Shown here piece after piece: positions 1 through 6,557 of a stretch of DNA of 33,090 nt (position 1 is the stretch's first letter; each line of letters begins with the position of its first letter). Under the pieces are notes generated by a model that saw nothing but the letters and a program-made list of their open reading frames with translations, made no database searches and was not told the origin of the DNA. The translations under genes and the position numbers were made by a program. The stretch comes from a virus (lineage: Duplodnaviria; Heunggongvirae; Uroviricota; Caudoviricetes), in IMG/VR virus record IMGVR_UViG_3300045993_000281, positions 1 through 33,090 of that record. One strand, given 5' to 3'.

Positions 1-163
1 ACCGCTTAGCATTGTCTGCCAAGTACTTCTTGTAGAACCTTTCAATGTTATCCGTGAGATACACCACCAACTGAGCCGCGCTGGTTCTGCTGTGTATCTC
101 GCGTGTAAGTACCAGCGTCATCTTGATTTTCGAATCATTTATTGTTGCAGTTATCTTTTGCAT
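1..163 (-). CDS. Hypothetical protein, partial (runs off the left edge)
   Basis: ATG at 163 just after the stop of 169..819; reads MQKITATINDSKIKMTLVLTRE... with no stop before position 1. Not in the ORF track. Confidence 0.6.
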   Translation of the reverse strand, partial: MQKITATINDSKIKMTLVLTREIHSRTSAAQLVVYLTDNIERFYKKYLADNAKR

Positions 164-168
164 TTTAT

Positions 169-819
169 TCACTTATATTTGATTTGCGTTGCCATACACA
201 TCATGTGTAGACGATCCTTGTGTTTCTGTGTTATTGGTTCTTTTACAACCCATGAGACCTTGTTCACTAACAAATTGTACCACATATGCCGGTTGACAGG
301 CGACTCCACATGCATCAAACTCCATGTTTCGGCGTAACTGACAGCACCTTTTGAGCGATATTGCTCAATTGCCACGAATTCAAAACTATCCTTTCCATTC
401 GTCTTAATTGATGCGCTGAGTTCCTTTGAGCTTGAGATATACCATCGCCAGTTAGAATCCTCCCCTTTGTTTTCCCTTCCAAGCCCTTTAAACTGCTTTT
501 TACCGAGATAGAGCTTTTCATTTAAAATATCCCTTATCACGTAAATGAAACCGACTTGCTTGTCGGTCCCAAGAGGTTCATCAAACTGCCAATGTCCGTT
601 TCCACGATACTTAGTCGGGTCTACACGACTGCCTACTTTTCCCTCCAGAGATACTCTCGTTACCCTAGGTAGAATAGTAGGAGTGGCGACAAGAGGACTA
701 ATATAAGTAGTACCAATAAGATGCGCTGGGAACTCGAACTTGGGATTATCATCCAATGGGGCTTCATTCTTTGCTACTTCCTTTTTGGGAAAGTTAAACT
801 TAAACTTTTCATCATCCAT
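169..819 (-). CDS. GIY-YIG family endonuclease
   Basis: GFIYVIRD...LYLGKKQF...WRWYISSS...E-x-AE pattern typical of phage GIY-YIG nucleases; about 70-aa Pro/Lys-rich N-terminal extension. Confidence 0.75.
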   Translation of the reverse strand: MDDEKFKFNFPKKEVAKNEAPLDDNPKFEFPAHLIGTTYISPLVATPTILPRVTRVSLEGKVGSRVDPTKYRGNGHWQFDEPLGTDKQVGFIYVIRDILNEKLYLGKKQFKGLGRENKGEDSNWRWYISSSKELSASIKTNGKDSFEFVAIEQYRSKGAVSYAETWSLMHVESPVNRHMWYNLLVNKVSWVVKEPITQKHKDRLHMMCMATQIKYK

Positions 820-825
820 AATCTT

Positions 826-1128
826 TCATCTAAGTGAGGAGTATATTTCAAACTCTGAGGTACTCATTCTTTCTAGCCATTCTAGGTCATGATGATTTAG
901 TGAATCCAAGCGTTTTCTAATGGCGGCTAGGCTAACATCTTCCGCTAACGTCACCGTTACATAAACCATGTTATGAACGTATACAACCAATCCGGTTTTA
1001 CCTACATACAGGCCTGTGGCTATATGTTTAAGACCGACGGCAAAAGTGAATTGTTCGTAATGCTTGTCCAAAAACTCGTTCATTTCGTGCTTGAACTTCT
1101 TTGCAACCAATCCAGTTTCTGCGCCCAA
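826..1128 (-). CDS. Hypothetical protein
   Basis: ORF track 100 aa; TTG start has GGAGG upstream, alternative ATG at 1083 overlaps an upstream stop (ATGA). Confidence 0.6.
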   Translation of the reverse strand: MGAETGLVAKKFKHEMNEFLDKHYEQFTFAVGLKHIATGLYVGKTGLVVYVHNMVYVTVTLAEDVSLAAIRKRLDSLNHHDLEWLERMSTSEFEIYSSLR

Positions 1129-1232
1129 AGTACGCCTCCATCATGCCACGTTGTTGTCGGCGAACCGACTGAGAGTGCTCCCTGATGTCGGTAATGGCTC
1201 ACTTTTTTCGTGGGCGCAAAAACCAACGTCAT
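1080..1232 (-). CDS. Small hypothetical protein (50 aa), translationally coupled
   Basis: ATG 1232 overlaps the exonuclease TGA (ATGA) and its TGA at 1080 overlaps ATG 1083; MTLVFAPTKKVSHYRHQG...SSTK. Confidence 0.45.
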   Translation of the reverse strand: MTLVFAPTKKVSHYRHQGALSVGSPTTTWHDGGVLWAQKLDWLQRSSSTK

Positions 1233-2221
1233 GTTGCGTTTGTTGTATCTTCTTTCTTACCCCAATCGTCGCCGACTGAGGGTGGTGTTCCTACCATCGC
1301 AATTGGCGGGGCAGGAATGTAAATACCAGATGTGTTGTCAGTCAGTACTCCGACTGTGAAATCTGGTCTTACCGCCTTGATGGTTACCTTTTTAACGCCT
1401 TTCGCAGGTTTTTCAACTACTACAGGTTCCACGTAGGGGACATCCGGCCACCCGTCGATGCTAAACTCATCATCCATCGTTTTCTTCAGGTAGATAAGGT
1501 TACCATTTAAAATCAATTCTTTTTTCCAGTTCTCTTCACCAAAGGCGTTTTGATATTCTTTCTGGACAACAACCTGAAATTCTGCCTCTGTGTTCGCTTC
1601 TGCGAGATAGGCCTTTGCCTTCACATCACCGACTTTTGGGATACCCTTTATGTTATCTGTAGGGTCACCTTTTAGCAATTGCTCGTAGTAAAATCGCAAT
1701 GCAAAGTCTGGTGTTACATCTAGAAACTCGTTCTTGTGCATCAGATAATGTCTACCTGCCATGCACTTCAGATCCTTGTCGATAGAGCACACAATAGTAT
1801 GTTCACCCGCGAGGGTTGCTTCGTGATGCCACATACGCATCAAATCATCTGCCTCCATGTTATGGGCAAACGTAGCCATTCCCCGCTCGACAGCGCGCTT
1901 ACGAATAGGCTCTACGAACGGATTGCGCCGACGTGGGTCAGCATGCCTGTTCGCTTTATAAGCCGGATACATATCCAATCTAAAATTTCCCTCACCCTTT
2001 ACAGCCATCTTGTACGTATCTGTAAAGCACAACTCACATAAATCCTTGATAATCTCTTGAAAGTTTAGCCAAGACTGCTCCATATAGAGCGCATCCTGCT
2101 CAGGTGTAAACTGAGGAAACATGTTAGGGTCGGTTACTAATGTCCGCCCAGCCGAGTCAAGATAACGACTCTTACAGCACATGTACGCTACAACATCCCC
2201 ATCGATAATCGCAATTGTCAT
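1229..2221 (-). CDS. 5'-3' exonuclease / flap endonuclease (T7 gp6, T5 D15 family)
   Basis: IIDGDVVAY, FRLDMYPAYKANR, EADDLM, SIDKDL, GDPTDNIKGIPKVG motifs; Pro/Lys-rich C-terminal tail. Confidence 0.92.
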   Translation of the reverse strand: MTIAIIDGDVVAYMCCKSRYLDSAGRTLVTDPNMFPQFTPEQDALYMEQSWLNFQEIIKDLCELCFTDTYKMAVKGEGNFRLDMYPAYKANRHADPRRRNPFVEPIRKRAVERGMATFAHNMEADDLMRMWHHEATLAGEHTIVCSIDKDLKCMAGRHYLMHKNEFLDVTPDFALRFYYEQLLKGDPTDNIKGIPKVGDVKAKAYLAEANTEAEFQVVVQKEYQNAFGEENWKKELILNGNLIYLKKTMDDEFSIDGWPDVPYVEPVVVEKPAKGVKKVTIKAVRPDFTVGVLTDNTSGIYIPAPPIAMVGTPPSVGDDWGKKEDTTNAT

Positions 2222-2412
2222 TAATGTACCTGTGGTATTGGCATGTCATCGCATGCTTTTCGTATAAATTGAATGGAAAGCTTTTGTAATTCTGGCGGAA
2301 ACTGTTTGATTAAGCTGAACAAAACAGCTGTAAGGGCAGACGTCCCATCAATCATGGTTTCACCATCAACTACTTGTAGAAGACGCGCTTCTATTTCACT
2401 AATTTCAGACAT
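2221..2412 (-). CDS. Hypothetical protein
   Basis: 63-aa ORF tightly packed (TAATG overlap) with the exonuclease. Confidence 0.65.
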   Translation of the reverse strand: MSEISEIEARLLQVVDGETMIDGTSALTAVLFSLIKQFPPELQKLSIQFIRKACDDMPIPQVH

Positions 2413-2414
2413 AC

Positions 2415-2735
2415 TTACTCCGGTGATTCAAATGACGCAACATGCGTAGCCCAACCTGGCTCCACACTACCTGGACCTACCAAATGATTTGGCGAGTAAC
2501 CCTTGTCATTAGCGTACCAGTTACAACTATCGTGAAACATTATGAAGCCTTGACTAACAGCCTCTTTGAAGGCGTCCAGTGTGTAGACTTCCTCTACTGC
2601 GTGTAACGGTAACAGTCTCTTAGGCGCAAATATATTATCGAAGCCGTCTCGATATGCGTCACTGTTCGGCTTTGACTGTAACTTTTCGCCTGTATGAGGA
2701 TTCCTATCCGTCATCTTTTTACTCATGGTTGCCAT
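2415..2735 (-). CDS. Hypothetical protein (likely start 2726, MSKK)
   Basis: ORF track; ATG 2726 overlaps the TGA of a 40-aa upstream ORF. Confidence 0.65.
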   Translation of the reverse strand: MATMSKKMTDRNPHTGEKLQSKPNSDAYRDGFDNIFAPKRLLPLHAVEEVYTLDAFKEAVSQGFIMFHDSCNWYANDKGYSPNHLVGPGSVEPGWATHVASFESPE

Positions 2736-2845
2736 ACCTTCTTACAGAGCTTACAGGTAAAAACCTTATACGCACCTTGGAACCATTCATGTTTCATCCC
2801 TGGCAGACATTTCTTAGGCGGGTCTGCTTCGTAATGATTTGTCAT
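2723..2845 (-). CDS. Putative 40-aa zinc-binding micro-protein
   Basis: MTNHYEADPPKKCLPGMKHEWFQGAYKVFTCKLCKKVWQP; C-x5-H...CxxC; GAGGA upstream; ATGA coupling to the next gene. Not in the ORF track. Confidence 0.5.
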   Translation of the reverse strand: MTNHYEADPPKKCLPGMKHEWFQGAYKVFTCKLCKKVWQP

Positions 2846-3011
2846 TCTTTATCCTCTTTCTATCACGTCCTGCTTGTTTGATTTGTACAATCGTTCTACC
2901 GCAGCCGGTACAAATTCCAGATTCAAGTAAACATCTCTGGACACATCCTGTCGCGGCATTGACCACAGATTGATCGGCGGCAGTATCAGGTCTGGCCAGT
3001 TGATCATTCAA
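2814..3011 (-). CDS. DUF1289-like small Cys-rich protein
   Basis: CVQRCLLESGICTGCGRT matches the C-x3-C...CxGCGRT signature. Confidence 0.65.
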   Translation of the reverse strand: MNDQLARPDTAADQSVVNAATGCVQRCLLESGICTGCGRTIVQIKQAGRDRKRIKNDKSLRSRPA

Positions 3012-3217
3012 TCTGTCTCCCTTTTAACGTTTGAACCGGCGAATAATAAAACCATCGATCCAACTGGAAACCCATTTGAATTACTGAATCGCGACCGCAT
3101 GTTCTCTTCTTTTGCCTCCAAACGGCGTTGAAGCTTCTTCTCCTCTGCGATCACTTTGAGAGCAATGGCGTGATCGTAGCGTTGTTCTTTTGTTCCTCTT
3201 CTCCTAGCCTGACCCAT
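3008..3217 (-). CDS. Hypothetical protein
   Basis: Start reassigned to ATG 3217 (MGQARRRGT) with AGGAGG Shine-Dalgarno upstream. Confidence 0.65.
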   Translation of the reverse strand: MGQARRRGTKEQRYDHAIALKVIAEEKKLQRRLEAKEENMRSRFSNSNGFPVGSMVLLFAGSNVKRETD

Positions 3218-3425
3218 ACCACCTCCTTTTGAAAACAATATACCCCCTTACAGAAAATTCAGCAGAGGTGCACTACATTGTCTTGCGCACTGCGCACTGC
3301 CTAATCTCTCCTGAGAATCACTTGTCATGATATTACTTTCGTTCGTATTAAACATTTGTGAAGTACCCATTGCTCTACACATAACATTTTCCCTCAAATA
3401 CGTTTAGATGGTGATTCAGATCAGT

Positions 3426-4001
3426 TTACTCTATGGTGCCCGCAACGTTACGCGAAATATCGGTGTACTTCTTATAACGTGCGTTCTTCTCTTCCATTGC
3501 TCTTGCACTTACAACGCCTACTATTCGATGTTCCTTGACCCTGGAGTTCAATAAGTCGGCATCATACATTTCTGCGGCTAAATGGTCTTCGTTCACTACG
3601 CCTGTAATAGGGTTCACGAATTTCGGACCAAATCGTAACATCTTACTACACGCCTGGATGACCTCCGCGTGTTCCTCCATACAACAAATTAATGAATACT
3701 GCGCTGCAGACAACCGGACAAATTTGGCGTCTAGGTCAGCCACGGTGTAAAGCTTGTGAAACGTTGAATCTTTCAAAATAGTCAGGCCGCGAATAGGGTC
3801 TTTTACTAACCAATCGCCGACTCGCGCTACGTGTATTTCTTGCGACACTTCGTTGTAAACCTCCAAATGCCTTTCATGGCTTGGGAGTCGTGTGCCTTTA
3901 ATCGAACCAGAACACCAATTCTCTATAACGTCTTGATTGTCTTCTGTAAATCTCATGGCCGAAACTGCGGCCAGCCCTTCTTGTGTAAGTGTATAATTCA
4001 C
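3426..4001 (-). CDS. Two-domain protein with C-terminal MazG-like (dimeric NTP pyrophosphatase) domain
   Basis: N-half ends ARVGDWLVKDP..GLTILKDSTFHKLY (common phage module); C-half MEEHAEVIQACSKMLRFG...LAAEMYD resembles MazG EExxE...ExxD helices. Confidence 0.55.
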   Translation of the reverse strand: MNYTLTQEGLAAVSAMRFTEDNQDVIENWCSGSIKGTRLPSHERHLEVYNEVSQEIHVARVGDWLVKDPIRGLTILKDSTFHKLYTVADLDAKFVRLSAAQYSLICCMEEHAEVIQACSKMLRFGPKFVNPITGVVNEDHLAAEMYDADLLNSRVKEHRIVGVVSARAMEEKNARYKKYTDISRNVAGTIE

Positions 4002-4021
4002 TCTATTCCTCGTTATTAAAT

Positions 4022-4438
4022 CTACTGAAGTGTTCCTTCGTGTCCTACTGCTTTTCCACCAGCATCAGGGAAGATAGATGCATGAAGCGCCTTGATCATC
4101 TTTAACTGAAGCGCTGGCATGTCTTCACTTGGGTCGTCAAATATAGAGAAGAGAACCGTAATAGTTTTGTAAAAGTCAGATAATTTTTTGTCTTCTACAA
4201 AAATGTACAGTGCATCTATTGTGTTCTTATGCAGACAGTTGTCAATTGCTGTTACTGCCTTTTCAAACGCATATCGATTCTCTTTTCGAACAATTGAAGC
4301 GAATTCATGTGTCATTTGAAACACAAAGCCGTCTTCAGGACCTCTTGACATTACGTCTTCCCAATGCTTTCGAAGGTGCGGCGGAACAACTTTCATTCTC
4401 TTTGCAATATGCGCTTTTACGGCATCCGGGTCTCTCAT
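4022..4438 (-). CDS. Hypothetical protein
   Basis: 138-aa ORF, in-line with operon. Confidence 0.7.
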   Translation of the reverse strand: MRDPDAVKAHIAKRMKVVPPHLRKHWEDVMSRGPEDGFVFQMTHEFASIVRKENRYAFEKAVTAIDNCLHKNTIDALYIFVEDKKLSDFYKTITVLFSIFDDPSEDMPALQLKMIKALHASIFPDAGGKAVGHEGTLQ

Positions 4439-4463
4439 TGTGATCTTTCTTAAGTTTGGTTAG

Positions 4464-5378
4464 TTACGCCGCCATCGCGTAGTCTTTGAATATCTTACCG
4501 CCGACTCCGGCATTGACGACCATAGGGTTGATCCAAATTTTCTTGCCATTCTGCAGCCGTCTTACATGACCGCGTCTGAGGTGTTCTCTTGCAGGACGCC
4601 TGTCAGTTTGCTGCTCTGATAACGTCAATGCAGCACCGGAATCGCTATTAGTGGTTCGTACGATTAGCGTATGGTACTCGTCTTCCTTCTTTGCAGATAG
4701 ACGTTCACCTTTTTTGATCTTTTGATTCGGAACCTTTTCAGGAAATACGTTACTACAACTCAGGGCTTCTAATAGTCCAAATAATACAAAAGCAGCAACC
4801 ATTAGATTTCCTTTGAGCCCCACTATTGCTTTATCGTCTTTAGTCACGTCTGCGCCGTAAATCTTATGTAACTCCGGCGACAGAAAAAACAATGGCGTTA
4901 AGTTTGGGATAAGCACTCTGTCTTTTTGCTTATCTACAATAGGGATAAAGTCTACTTCAGTTTCTGGAATTTGTAAGAAACCAGGCACGAGTTGCCAATA
5001 ATTAGACATACCCCTGTCTAGGTATCCGAAACAAATACGAATTACCGGAGCGCCATTATCAAATGCCTTTCTTGCCAATACGACATTCTTGAGTGGGAAC
5101 CCGAATCCTTCTTTATGAACACCAACGCCGCCAACCCCATCCGAAAAGAATTCTATCGCAATGGAGTCGTATGGCAGTCTTATGGCGCCAAGCCCGTTCA
5201 AATCATCGTCTATTATCTTGCCATTAACAGGCAATACGAATTTCATTGAAGCTTCCGACTGTTCTATGAATTCTCGAACGAATCTGGCGTAAAGTGGACA
5301 ATTCAATTTTCTGTATTCAGACGCTAGCTTAACAATATGCTGCGACTTAAACTCTCTGATGTAATTTAATTTTTCCAT
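4464..5378 (-). CDS. Hypothetical protein with basic C-terminal HxRRGHxR motif
   Basis: 304-aa ORF; C-terminus REHLRRGHVRRLQNGKKIWINPMVV. Confidence 0.75.
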   Translation of the reverse strand: MEKLNYIREFKSQHIVKLASEYRKLNCPLYARFVREFIEQSEASMKFVLPVNGKIIDDDLNGLGAIRLPYDSIAIEFFSDGVGGVGVHKEGFGFPLKNVVLARKAFDNGAPVIRICFGYLDRGMSNYWQLVPGFLQIPETEVDFIPIVDKQKDRVLIPNLTPLFFLSPELHKIYGADVTKDDKAIVGLKGNLMVAAFVLFGLLEALSCSNVFPEKVPNQKIKKGERLSAKKEDEYHTLIVRTTNSDSGAALTLSEQQTDRRPAREHLRRGHVRRLQNGKKIWINPMVVNAGVGGKIFKDYAMAA

Positions 5379-5401
5379 TTTCGCCTCTTAGATTAATAGA
5401 A

Positions 5402-5473
5402 TGGCCCCAACTGGATTCGAACCAGTGACCAAAGGATTATGAGTCCTCTGCTCTACCGCTGAGCTAAAGGGCC
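5402..5473 (-). tRNA. tRNA-Ile2 (anticodon CAU, lysidine type); 3' CCA not encoded
   Basis: GGCCCTT TA GCTC AGCGGTA GAGC A GAGGA CTCATAA TCCTT TGGTC ACTGG TTCGAAT CCAGT TGGGGCC A forms a 72-nt cloverleaf; GGCCC acceptor start, G1-C72 and A73 resemble E. coli ileX rather than Met tRNAs. Confidence 0.9.
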
Positions 5474-5480
5474 GTACTCT

Positions 5481-5747
5481 TTAATGCATTAAGCTGGGCG
5501 GCACCGGCACACCAACTTCGCCAGCCAACTTAATAATACTATTCTTTGCTTGTTCAAGAGTGATACCATCTCGTTTCATAAGGAACGCCAGGTTCTCTGG
5601 TGTAGCTGTTTGGCAGACTAACGAGTAAACTCCGTCGGGTTTGCCTGTTGCCGGATTCACGTACAAGTGTGATTCCAACTCGGCCTGTGGCATCGCCGAG
5701 AGTTTATCCCACGCTTCTTTCGTGCTCATGCGAGTTTGATCGTTCAT
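5481..5747 (-). CDS. Hypothetical protein
   Basis: 88-aa ORF, GAGG upstream. Confidence 0.7.
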   Translation of the reverse strand: MNDQTRMSTKEAWDKLSAMPQAELESHLYVNPATGKPDGVYSLVCQTATPENLAFLMKRDGITLEQAKNSIIKLAGEVGVPVPPSLMH

Positions 5748-5914
5748 TTTCCTCTACTACCTCTTTTGACAGTTTTCACAGTAGCCGGTTGGCCTCTGCG
5801 AACGTTAATAAACTCACTCTTCGTCTTCTCGCTAGGCCTTGGTTTAACATTAAAGGGTTGGTTCGAAGGTGTATTCGCAAAGTCTGCTACGCCTGTTTTC
5901 TTGACTTTGTTCAT
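5744..5914 (-). CDS. Small basic protein (56 aa)
   Basis: MNKVKKTGVADFANTPSNQPFNVKPRPSEKTKSEFINVRRGQPATVKTVKRGSRGK; ATGA overlaps at both ends; fills the gap exactly. Not in the ORF track. Confidence 0.65.
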   Translation of the reverse strand: MNKVKKTGVADFANTPSNQPFNVKPRPSEKTKSEFINVRRGQPATVKTVKRGSRGK

Positions 5915-6387
5915 TTCAGCTCCGTCGTCTTAGTTATATCAACTGATGCAGACATAGCCGTCGGGGTGCCGTAGTTGGTGTTCGGCTGCGAAACGCCAGC
6001 TGGAAGGAGTCCTTTTAGGGTTTCGTGTATAACAGGCGCCCTAAATATCGTCCTGACGAGTTCATAGATTGCGCCAGTGCTCTTGTCGCGTTCTGCCAGC
6101 CTGTACGTCAATTCTGCAACCTTCATATCCCTTTCTTTGTGATCAAGCTGTTCAGTCCGCGCCGCCAGGGATATTTCTCTGTCTCGAAGCGCCTCTTGGT
6201 CGACAATCTGTTTTGATAGTTCGCCGATACGATTTGATTGCGCAAACGATACAGAACGCAAACCTGTTATTTCGTCACGAAGAACTGCCAATGTCTGAAG
6301 CTCTCTCTGTATAACATCACCAACCAGTTTCGGGAGTTGTTCACGGATTGCCTTGTCAATATCCGCTTGGAGCACTTCTGTAGTCAT
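5911..6387 (-). CDS. Coiled-coil hypothetical protein
   Basis: 158 aa with heptad-rich L/I/E/R central region. Confidence 0.7.
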   Translation of the reverse strand: MTTEVLQADIDKAIREQLPKLVGDVIQRELQTLAVLRDEITGLRSVSFAQSNRIGELSKQIVDQEALRDREISLAARTEQLDHKERDMKVAELTYRLAERDKSTGAIYELVRTIFRAPVIHETLKGLLPAGVSQPNTNYGTPTAMSASVDITKTTELK

Positions 6388-6557
6388 TTATTTTCCTTTG
6401 AAATTTCGTAGACACCGTACATTGCCACTAGAAAGAAACCCGTGGACCATAGCGGCATGATCCACCAGGGGCGATACCCGATATACGTCAGGAAGGGCAA
6501 TATCCACACAGAGGCAGTCATGTACAAGCCTAGGATAAACCATCTAATGGATTTCAT
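6384..6557 (-). CDS. Small membrane protein (two hydrophobic segments)
   Basis: Likely start MKSIRWF at 6557; two TM-like stretches; ATGA overlap with the next gene. Confidence 0.6.
   Translation of the reverse strand: MKSIRWFILGLYMTASVWILPFLTYIGYRPWWIMPLWSTGFFLVAMYGVYEISKENK

Noticed and set aside
169-819. GIY-YIG gene as part of a group I intron or intein
   Set aside because: Flanking genes appear intact and the ORF is free-standing; no intron or intein signatures were seen.
3248-3382. 44-aa minus-strand ORF (MCRAMGTSQ...) in the 3238-3426 gap
   Set aside because: No coupling to neighbours, ambiguous start and no motif; insufficient support.
5402-5473. tRNA-Met or initiator tRNA-fMet
   Set aside because: G1-C72 is paired, there are no three consecutive G-C pairs in the anticodon stem, and the sequence resembles Ile2 tRNAs.
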